A stretch of 20,000 bases of DNA. Source: Amoeboaphelidium occidentale (taxonomy: Eukaryota). Made by a program: the position numbers and the translations under genes. The stretch spans positions 58,633-78,632 of the forward strand of contig JALGPX010000045.1 of the NCBI GenBank assembly GCA_023515795.1, read 5' to 3'. Below the pieces are notes generated by a model that worked only from the letters and a program-made list of their open reading frames with translations, was not told the origin of the DNA and did no database searches. Of the stretch, positions 1 through 10,090 are shown in pieces. Every line of letters begins with the position of its first letter. Positions within the stretch are counted from its first letter, which is position 1.

Positions 1-29
1 GCACAGGTCAATCGAATACATCTCTGACG

Positions 30-3000
30 ATGCCTGGGAAGGAAGAATCATCGCAAGATTATCAATTGCCATCACTAGACGATGAGCTTAAAGATACTTT
101 CGATGATGTTAGTCTATCAATACGACTGAGGACTACATCAGTCAATAATTTCACAAGAGACAATAGGAAAACTGTGGTAGGACTCGAAGCAGATCTATTC
201 GAGAAGGAAGATTGGGATCAGGATATGGATATTGTCGGAGATGATATTGAAGGAAAGAAGTTGACATTATCTCGACCATCTATGGAGCTCAATTCATCAC
301 TGGTCGCTAAATCAGTTGAGAATCTTAGGGCTCTAGATACAAAATTTGCATCACAGAATAATCTCTTGACCACAATGAACGAGGAAAAGGAGGATGATAT
401 GGAAGACTGGGACAAAGAAATGGGCTTTGAGGATACTGCAGATCGGAAAGATTTGGTAAATGCTTTACAGAAGGAACTGAAAACGGCACCAGAGGTTGGC
501 TTCGTTCAAGTTGGAACTGTTTCAATTCCTTCAAGTCATGTCTTGAACACCATAGAAGATGCCAATTACGTTATAAGGCTTCCAAAAGCCCCTCAGTTGT
601 TCTCTATGAAGATGCATAATGGGACTAACAAAATACCCGAGATTGAAGTTGAAAAGTGGATTCTAGCGGTCGTGGAAAAGCACGCACCGAAGCGAAACGT
701 ATTGGAAACAGAAGCGCAAATGGCCAAAGATTTGTCGTCAAAAGAACCATTCAGTTCCGACTGGTGTAAAGCGATTCTATTTGAGTATTTACAATTGTAT
801 CGCAAGAATTTGCAAGATAATTGTGAGTTACTATTGCTTAGCTTATTTGAAGAACTGGTATCATATACAGCTAAAAAGCCACTCACAAACAAAGAAGCTG
901 ACCTATTTGTGCGTTTACTGGCATATCATTTGAAGTGGAAATCTTTCGCGGCGATTCAATTCACGTCAAGTAAAGAATTTGAAGATCTCAAGAAAAAGAA
1001 CCGATACTTCACATTAATGATAGAGATTATCCATCTTGAAGGAAAAGCTCATATGAGAGAAAGTCCTATAAACCAAATTGAATTGGAATACTCGTCATTA
1101 TATCAAACTATATTATCAAAGAATAATGGCTTAAACTCCAGCGAAGTTAATCTTTTGAAGCTAACTATCCTTGTTGATCTTCAATGCTTAAACTTTTCTT
1201 TGTCTCCATTGACAACTGATAGTTTACCTGGAAACAATGATGCGGATTCTGATTTTGAATCAGAAATGGCTACAGTAATGCATGGACTTGCAATGACACA
1301 TGATCCTGACTTCAGACTTAAGGAAATCAGCAAAATCTATGATTTATTTCCAGCTTCATTTTTGAAAGCCAAAGCTGCTTACGTTCTAAGTTTGGTTTAC
1401 TTTCATGAATTGGGTGATTCTCTTTTGTCTGAAAAACTGGTCTTTGAATCCGTATTTATCCTTGATAACATAGCCTCAGAAGCTCAAAATGCACCGCCTA
1501 TTCTTTCTACACTTGGCTATAATGCATTAAGACTATTTGGAGAAGTTCTCGTAACTAATCAAAAAATTGCTTATGCGATCCCTTGTTTCGAAGCTGCATT
1601 ACAGAATTTGTCTGTTAGAAACAAGAAAGTTTCATTCAACCAACTATCAAGTGTAGGATCTATTTGTCTAGAGGGCGGTCAACTGCAAAGATCGATCAAG
1701 TTTTACTACGATGCTCTTGTTCACGTTCAAAAGGAACAGAAGATTAATGAAGCCGTTCACTTGGCCCTTATGCTAGCAGACCTTCTAGTTTGCGAAGGAA
1801 ATATTGGAATAGTTGCAAAATTGATGAACGACACTGTCCAATATCTTCAAAATTTAATTCTTGATGCTGCGTCGAAAATCAGTTTGCTTGCTCTAGATGC
1901 AAGAGCCATGTCAAATATTTCTACGTCTATCGCCAAACTACGTCTTCATATGGCTGATCTTTACTTAAAAGCTGGTTTAGTTGATAAGGCTGTTGTTCTT
2001 GTTGAAACTTGTGTTGAAGAAGGAACTGTCGGTGGATATCTTTGGAAGGTTGTACTCTACTTGGCAAGATGTTATCAAGAAAAATCGTGGACGAAAGAAT
2101 CATTGGAGTTGTTGAGATTATTCAAACATATTAAATCCGATGAAAAAATTGATGCAATTCTTAATTCAATGGAACAATCAAGTAGTTTTGAGTTCCAGAG
2201 AGTTATGGTGAAAATCAAGGAGCAAATGCAGTTTTCACTAGTTGTTGATGTGCAAGAGTTACAAGGAAAACTAGACTCGTACAAAGTTTTATCTCATTGT
2301 CTGGTGGATGCTGGAATGATACAGGAGGCCATCTTGGTGCATTCAAAATGGGCAGAAGAACCTGTAATGGATTTAAAACAGCAAGCTAAAATGTTGAGCT
2401 TCAAGGGTAAAATAATTGGCCGTTTTAGTTATCCTTCAGCAGACGTGGAGGCTTTGATGCAGATCAAAAGTAGCGGACTTAAGGGGACCTTATCCATGCT
2501 CCCAAAAATTACGAATCGAAGGTCATCAAGTAGTGTTAAAGACAAACAGAATGTATCAGAATCAAACGTTAGAACAAAGCAAATATCTCGACCAACTGAA
2601 ATTGGCAAAACGGACGAACAAGTTGTATGCTCGTCTTATGTCGATTTTCAAAAGGCAGAACTTATATATCTTACTTTAGGGCTGAACGACAAAGCTATGA
2701 AATGCAAATTGAGGCGAATAAGCTGTATTGCAGACTTCATATTTAATGGTGTTGTTTTGAGCAAACAGGCAGTCAAGGATGTACTAGATAAGATAGATCA
2801 GACAGGTCTCTTGAGTAAGAACATGCTGCTAGATGACCTCATTTTGCCAACTATTGAATGCGTCGAACATTTCGCACGAACAAAGTGCATTATTAGTTTA
2901 GCTCAGAGTTATATCGTTCTCTCAGAAATTTACAGACTCAACGACAAAGCTGATCTTTCAGTTGCTTATTGGACTTGTTGCAGGGATCTACTTTGGAATT

Positions 3001-5752
3001 CAATCATTGATGGCTCTAGTTGTCCCCTTATAAATGAACTTCCGGAGAGCAAAGCATACACAATCAAAGGTGTTCTGAAACGATTAGCTCGCCACCTTAT
3101 CGCCTCAAGAGACTATCATTTCCTAAAGGCAAACATCATGGTCCTTGATGCATTCATTCAAGCAGATATTAGCTACAATTCAGTCGCCCGGTCTACTTTA
3201 TCTGACACAATTATGCAAGGAAGAAGGAGAATGTCAAAAGGAATGAAGAGAAGTGAATCAAAGTCATCAAAAAATAATTCAGCTTTGGCTGCGGAAACGA
3301 CTGATTTCGATTCTATCGGCTCCAAGTTGAGAGCTTCTAAATCTTCTTTACTGCATGCACCTCAGACAGACAACTTTCAAACTTATCCGCCGCCTTCATC
3401 ATCAAAGTTTGGCTCGCGAGTACTTGATTTTAGATTACCAGAAAACCTTGTATCATCTGCTATTACTGCGGATGGATCAAGTAGTCATTGTACAGAATCT
3501 GAAAGCCAAAGTATAGTTTCTTCAGAATCTGATGATGTTAGATTCGATTCACATGGTTTGAACTCCAAGACGAATTCGAAGAATCATGCAGAAATAGCAA
3601 GGACTATAAACAACATACTGGGTCTTAGTTTATCACGAAGCTTTACGTTAAAATTGTTTGAAAGAAAGTATTCTCTGGAGAAATTGTCTAATGAAATGCT
3701 GAGCAGTAACTTGAGTTCATGGCTTAACGAATTCGATGTTTACCGCAGCATCAACTCCAAAATCTGGGCAAAGACAAACTCAAGAGTGGAGCAATCTCAA
3801 AAGTTTGGAAAGCAAAGCGTCTACTCTTTCGACGATTTGGCAGAGGCAAGTAACTCTATTGACCATGTTCTTTACATTGTTCAATTGGATGATTTTATAG
3901 CATTTGTTTCACCGAAAATCGGTTTAATGACATGGCAAAGGTAAATGTTAGTCTGTCGTCAGCGTAATGTTTTAGAATGGTTCATCCACTTGCTTCTCAA
4001 AGTTCTTCAACGCTATCCAAGAGGGACAAAAGTGTAAGAGTAAGGATACCCGACTCAATGAGTGAAAATGGTGCGGGCGATTCTAACAAATCAGAGAAAT
4101 CATTATGTCTGCGGATAAATTTTGCAAAAACGGATACTTTTGCTATATTGGAAGTTTCTGCGAAGTCTACATTGCATGACTGTATCAAGTGTTTGTATAA
4201 AGCTCAACCTAAGAAGACTCTAGAGAAGACAGTATCCAGCAGCTCAACGAAATCTTTGAATGCTGCTCAAACAGAAAAGTTTTCAGGAAGCAAGAAAGAT
4301 CTTTCTGTTGATTCCCAGAAAGAGCAGGAATTGATGCCCAAAGTCTTGGAAATGAGTCCGACTCTAAAGAAAATCCTAGAGAGTTCTGCTGATGCTCTTA
4401 TACTCGCAAATGAACAGAATTGTTTTGCAAACCGAATTAAGATAGGCGAAAAGATTGTTTTTGAGAAGCTTGATTTAAGCACAGATACAGCCATTAGTCA
4501 AACGTCTCTCATGGATGTGATACCGCGAAAAGGAGCAAGTCAAGAAACACCCTTTAACCTATTTTGGGTTCCGATCTACGATGTCACCACAGAATCTTTG
4601 ATGAAAGAAGAATCTGCTTTACTAAGAAGACAGCAAGAATCCCAGTTTGTACTTCACATGCTGGAAGATACCAAAGATGATCTTGGTGAAAGTGGTAATC
4701 TTAGTTCAAGTAAATGGCAACAGACCATTCGAGACATGAGACTACATACTTTTCCACGACTACAAGCAGCCCTTCTGCAATTATACTCTGAATCTGAAAC
4801 GAAGTCTCCTACAACCCGGAAGGATAACAGGATGGACAAAATGATAACTCCTTTAATTTGCTCCGTCGCTTACCAAGCATACCCGTGGGAGTTGATACTG
4901 AGAACTGGTCATATAATAAGAAGTTTCTCGATAACAGCAGCAGCATTTTCATCGTTGAATATAAACTCTGATGATTCTGCTTGGACCATGATGCCTCCGA
5001 AGAATCGCCTGAAAGAACACAAAGCAAGATTTTTAACAGCTTATTATGGAGACGAGACAAGTCCATTCTTAAAGGCAGATAAGTCCAGAAAACATAAAGT
5101 TGGAATCGATGCCGTGAATCTATTGAATGGCAATCGACTGATAAGAAAACCAATCTCTCAACAAGATCAATGTGTACAATACCCAATGCATTGTCCGCTT
5201 ATATCACAGCCAAAGAAAATATCCTCATACAAGCGACGATACAAATATTTTAAGTTTATTGATTTAACAACAGCTGATGCTCACAAAAATTCTCCCAGTT
5301 CTTTGGTGTCAGGTTATTCAAGTCAGTTTTATCCAGTTTTCTTTTTCACCCTGGGAGATCTTTACGAAATGAACAATTGGACCTTGGAAGCACTTCAGTC
5401 TAATACATGGTCCACGATTGTATTTGTTCCACCAGCATTTTCAAAAGCTGTTGCTCTGAAACTGAAAGATTTGATGGATGATTCAAAAACTTACACGGTA
5501 TCAAAGAAACACAACCAACCACTCAGCTCTTCAACGACCTCTTCTACAACTACTTCAGCATCATTAGAACGGTCTAATTCTCGATCAATACACGATGATA
5601 GCAACTCTCAAGATGTCTCCACTCTGATCAATGATGGCTTAATGTCTAAGAAGGAGCAAATGTTTTGGCGATTGTACATGAGACAAGCAATACACGGCAT
5701 AGAACAGTCACTTGATATACCGCTGCCATTATTCGAAACGCCATCATTTTGA
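30..5752 (+). CDS. Large (~1,895 aa) helical/TPR-like repeat protein with a degenerate separase/CHAT-like C-terminal region; exons 30-3940 and 3976-5752
   Basis: ORFs 30..3944 and 3977..5752 join in frame across a 35-nt intron (GTAAAT 3941...TTTAG 3975; AG|A = Arg, then ATG 3977). TPR-like helices (e.g. LSSVGSICLEGGQLQRSIKFYYDAL, LHMADLYLKAGLVDKAVVLVE). Motif PLICSVAYQAYPWELILRTGHIIRSFS resembles separase/CHAT. The frame is open to the window edge, so the true start may lie upstream. Confidence 0.8.
3941..3975 (+). other. Spliceosomal intron, 35 nt
   Basis: GTAAAT donor, CGTAAT branch-like motif, TTTAG acceptor; removal deletes the in-frame TAA and fuses two long ORFs in frame. Confidence 0.85.
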
Positions 5753-5791
5753 AATTACTGCAATAAAAGCTTCAGCGTTTTTCTTTGTGAA

Positions 5792-6544
5792 ATGTTTCCC
5801 AACGATCTTGAACTCGACCTCGAGGATATTGATACACTTGAAGTATCTGGATACACACAAAGAAAAGATTGCACAGGATGTCGGAGGCCTGAGAGCGTAT
5901 GCTTATGCCAGTACTTTCCAAAAGAGAAGCTAAAGCTGAATACAAGAGTTGTCGTGATCAAGAGTCCGCAAGAGGAACGAAAGTCCAGACTCAACACCGT
6001 TAATTTGCTACAGAGAGTAATTGAATGCGATGTAATAATTTCAAACAGCATATCAAAGCGGAATCCTGCATGGCAGAGTCTCAAAGCATTATCAGATGAT
6101 CATAATATTCCGATGGCTGTGTTGTATCCAACAAAGAGGGCTGTTCCGTTGAAGGAATACGTTGAAAATGTCATACAGCCAATTCAAGAGAACATTAAGC
6201 CTGATGGTACCATCCCATCGTGTATTCTTTTCGTGCTGGATGCTACATGGTTGGTTGCGCCAAAGATGTACGGTAAAAGCACAGTGCTGCACGATCTTCC
6301 TGCAATATCCGTCAAAGTAGAACGTAGTTTAGGATACACCAGAATACGAAAGGAACCGGATAATCGGCCCGACGGTGTATCAACTATGGAAGCGATAGCT
6401 GAATGCGTGCAACACTTGGAACCAGCAACTGGTAATCGCATTGACGATTTGTATGATATCATTACTAAACCATTGGCAGAACTCATCAGACAGCAGATTG
6501 CCTATAAAGACGCACCGAAAGCGTCGGATGATGTGAATGAATGA
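5792..6544 (+). CDS. DTWD2: DTW-domain tRNA-uridine aminocarboxypropyltransferase (DTWD2/TapT-like), 250 aa
   Basis: N-terminal CxxCxRPxxVCLC, LYP motif, LFVLDATW (DxTW signature), IRKEP...VSTMEAIA. Confidence 0.9.
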   Translation: MFPNDLELDLEDIDTLEVSGYTQRKDCTGCRRPESVCLCQYFPKEKLKLNTRVVVIKSPQEERKSRLNTVNLLQRVIECDVIISNSISKRNPAWQSLKALSDDHNIPMAVLYPTKRAVPLKEYVENVIQPIQENIKPDGTIPSCILFVLDATWLVAPKMYGKSTVLHDLPAISVKVERSLGYTRIRKEPDNRPDGVSTMEAIAECVQHLEPATGNRIDDLYDIITKPLAELIRQQIAYKDAPKASDDVNE

Positions 6545-6618
6545 CGCACCAAAGTTTTCCCTTCTGAAACCGCACCTGTTCGTTTAAAAGAGCATCAGCC
6601 ATAATAAATACACTAAAG

Positions 6619-9600
6619 ATGTCACTTGACGACATTTCATTGGCTGCAGATGCCTCTGTTGCTGCCACTGCCTCTTTTAATGAAGACTCAATGAGTGGGC
6701 GCCATGTCGGATCATCCGCTGTCTCTGGTGCCGCTTCTTCTGGTCCAAAGTCTAATCAAGAACAGCCTGGCAGAGAAGACTTTAAAGATCAACCATCAAT
6801 GGAACAGAATACTCCTGGCAATGATGTCGTTATGAAGAGCAGCTTGGTAGTTTCTTTGGGTACGAAAAGTCTGGATCTGTTAAGAAGGGCAAGAGCTAAG
6901 GAACTGCGCAGGAATGTGTATGATGAAATCGCTGTTATGGAGCAAAGTATTGAGCCAACTTTTACAGGGAAGCCTTTCAGTGCTCTGGTGCATAGCAATA
7001 AGAGAATGAGTAGGACAGGGCAGACAAGTCGCAGAAGGAACTCTGGCGCATCATTCTCTCGGTCAAGGAAGTCAAGGAAACGCAGAAGACACACAGAATT
7101 CATTAAAGGAACGGATGGCTTTTCTGACATTGACGAAGAAGATTCTGTAATGTCTGACTCTGGTGTTTCACGAAGGAATAAGGTTCGTGACTTTGAGGAT
7201 GGTTTCATTGAATCTCCTCCAGCTATGGACACTGAAAAACCTAGAGAGGAACGAAACTATGATGAGTTCTTTCCTGATCTGAAAGATGATACTATGTTGA
7301 AGATTGTGCGAAGGCCCCAAGATTACTTCTATAATGGCGATGAGATGGAGGTGGATCAACCGGAAGTAGTTGTAAATGAGAACTCTGTGGTTGATGGTCC
7401 AGTTCTATTTCCCAAGATGTCCATGTCATCACTACCAAAGGCTGCGTTCAAATTCGCAGAAGACAAACTTCAAAATGTTCGACTAGATGCCGCCAGACCT
7501 TCACATCATTACATTCGCTTTGTTGATCAAAGTGAGGAAGATTTGAAAATGAGAGTCGAGTATGATATGGACGAGCAAGATCGTGCCTGGCTTAGTCTTG
7601 TGAATTCTAAACGAAAACTCGAAGGTTTACCTAGTGTTGACGAAGACTCCTTCGAAATGATTATTGACGTTTTGGAGAAAGAATGGTTCCACTTAACAAA
7701 AGACTTACAAAAAACCAAGGCGCCAGTTTTAACACACGAAGATTCAATTTGTAGAATATGCAACGACGGAGAAGTTGAAAACAGTAATGCGATTGTGTTT
7801 TGTGATGGTTGCAATTTGGCTGTCCATCAAGAGTGCTACGGAGTTCCGTATATACCGGAAGGGCAGTGGTTATGTAGGAAGTGCATGCTGTCTCCGGAAA
7901 AGCCAGTCAAGTGTGTACTGTGTCCTACTGAAGGCGGAGCATTTAAACAAACTACCACCAATCAATGGGCGCACCTTTTATGTGCTCTATGGGTCCCCGA
8001 AGTGTCAGTCACAAATCCAGTTTACATGGAACCAATTGACGGTATTGATAAAATACCCAAGGGACGTTGGAAGCTCAATTGTTCGTTGTGCAAGAAGAAA
8101 GTCGGTGCTTGTATTCAGTGTAGCAAACAGTCCTGTTTCACGGCATATCATGTTACTTGTGCTCGGAAAGCCGGTCTTTACATGAAAGTCAAGCATTATA
8201 ATACACCTGAAGGTCAGGAATACTCCAACTACAAATCATTTTGCCTGCGACACTCACCGAAATCGAATGAAGCTGGTGCGCATGCAGAAAATAACGAGGA
8301 ATCTGTAACTGCTGATGCTTCAGGTGTTGGTAGCACCCAATCACTCGCAATAACAGATACAAATCATACTGAAACAGAAGTCGAATCGTCTGCTAGAAGC
8401 GATAATAATCAAGATGATAGTGTTTATAATCCTCAGTTTCCTCTGGCTCCAGATCATATTGTTCAAATAATAATGAAGCGATTAGATTTGTCTAAAGTAA
8501 TGATAAGACAAAAACAAGGCTTTGTTCAAGAGACATGCAGATATTGGTCATTGAAGCGAAAAGCACGAAAAGGAACTTCTTTATTGAAGCGGTTACATCT
8601 TGAACCATGGACAATGTACTCTTCTGAAATCAAACACAGTGAAGCTGCCATGTTGTCTCGGCTAAGGATATTATCTTATCTCCGAAATGATTTGGAAACT
8701 GTTCGACTGTTACTAGATCTTATGAAGAAACGAGAGAAAGAAAAGCTGAAGCGATACCGCTTACAAATGAACTATCTTTATATGAAAGTCTCTCCTATCA
8801 GTTCATTGTTGAAAAGATCATTAGAAGAAATCATCAAACTTGATAAAACAAATGTATTTCTTGATTTAGTCTCCGAAGAGTTAGTTCCTGATTACTATGA
8901 AGTCATTAAGAATCCGATGTGTTTTTCTTTAATACAGAAGAAGATTGAGAATTTTGAGTATAGTGATATATCTCAGTTCAAAGAAGACTTGGATTTGATA
9001 TTTTCGAACGCTTTGGTTTACAACCGGCCTGGAACATTCTTTGCCAAATTGGCTCTTAAACTTCAAGCAAGAAGTACTGAAATCTTTGAGAACTTGAAGC
9101 AGTCACTAGAAATCACAAAAGTGGATAGCAAGACTGGAATACTTGAAGGTGAGATACCAAACATGCTTCTTGAGTACCCATCCATTCATCCTGAAGTATT
9201 AGATCCAAAACCAGCAGTTCTTCTTGCTCCTCCCCCTGTTCCAAAAGTTACTAGAGTCGGCTCAAAAAAGCAAATTTTGGAAATTAAGGAAGAAGACATA
9301 TTCAGCGGAGAGCTTACTGATGTTTCAGATCCTCATAATGAAAAGGTGCTTTCATCAGAACCCGAGATGCAGAATACTGTGAAGCATCGGCGGAGAGATA
9401 AGGCGACTAAAGAATCCCCAAAGCCAGTAAAAGAAGAGACACAATTTCGGCCAGCCAAAAGACTCAAAACAACAGATAAACTCACTCCTTCAACAACTCT
9501 AAAGTCACCTCAGGCAGCATCGCAACCTGAGAAGATCACAGAGCCTGTCAATGAAGCAAAAGAAATTTTGGACATAATTAAAAGCTTGAAGCAGCAACGA

Positions 9601-10003
9601 AATGAAAGACAGCTTGTAGACGGACTAGATCTTTGTTGGATTAAAATCAAAGGATTTCCCATGTTTCCAGGAGAAATCAAACCTCATGCGGATGCTCCAG
9701 AGAATTTGGGCAAACCTCAATTCAAAGGAAAATCATTCTTGGCTCACTTTCTTGACAGAGATTTGGGAGACAGGCGAACATGGTAAGTTTCACCCATCAT
9801 GAAATTATTTATTTGGTAGGGTTTGGATTCCAGAAAGTGATATGGCACCGTTTGATTATGGGGAACAAGATTTGAAGTATCTCAAAGAAGCACAGCGTAA
9901 GAGTTCAACAATGAAAAAACAGGTTACACTTGCTTACAAAGTTGGCTGCCTTTCACGTTGTTTTAGCCCTTATGCAAATTTGGAGAAGTTGAAGAAGCGA
10001 TAA
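6619..10003 (+). CDS. BRPF1: BRPF1/Nto1-like NuA3/MOZ HAT scaffold (EPL1-N, PHD, zinc knuckle-PHD2, bromodomain, PWWP), ~1,115 aa; exons 6619-9782 and 9820-10003
   Basis: VEYDMDEQDRAWL (EPL1); CRICNDGEVENSNAIVFCDGCNLAVHQECYG (PHD); GGAFKQT..WAHLLCALWVPEV; bromodomain PDYYEVIKNPM...NALVYN; PWWP WIKIKGFPMFPG, completed by exon 2 as RRTW|VWIPESDMAPF...KKR then TAA at 10001-10003. Confidence 0.93.
9783..9819 (+). other. Spliceosomal intron, 37 nt
   Basis: GTAAGT...GGTAG; splicing restores the PWWP-domain RTWxW motif. Confidence 0.9.
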
Positions 10004-10090
10004 TCCCTTGCAGAATAGAATTATGAAGTTTTTGTTAACAATGTTGCGTTGTGCATTGAAACTCTGTTTTTTTTTTTGATTTTTAGCGCG

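Noticed and set aside
30..5752. Gene 1 as bona fide separase (ESP1)
   Set aside because: It lacks the YxGHGxG and LxGCSS catalytic motifs; only the upstream PWE motif is similar.
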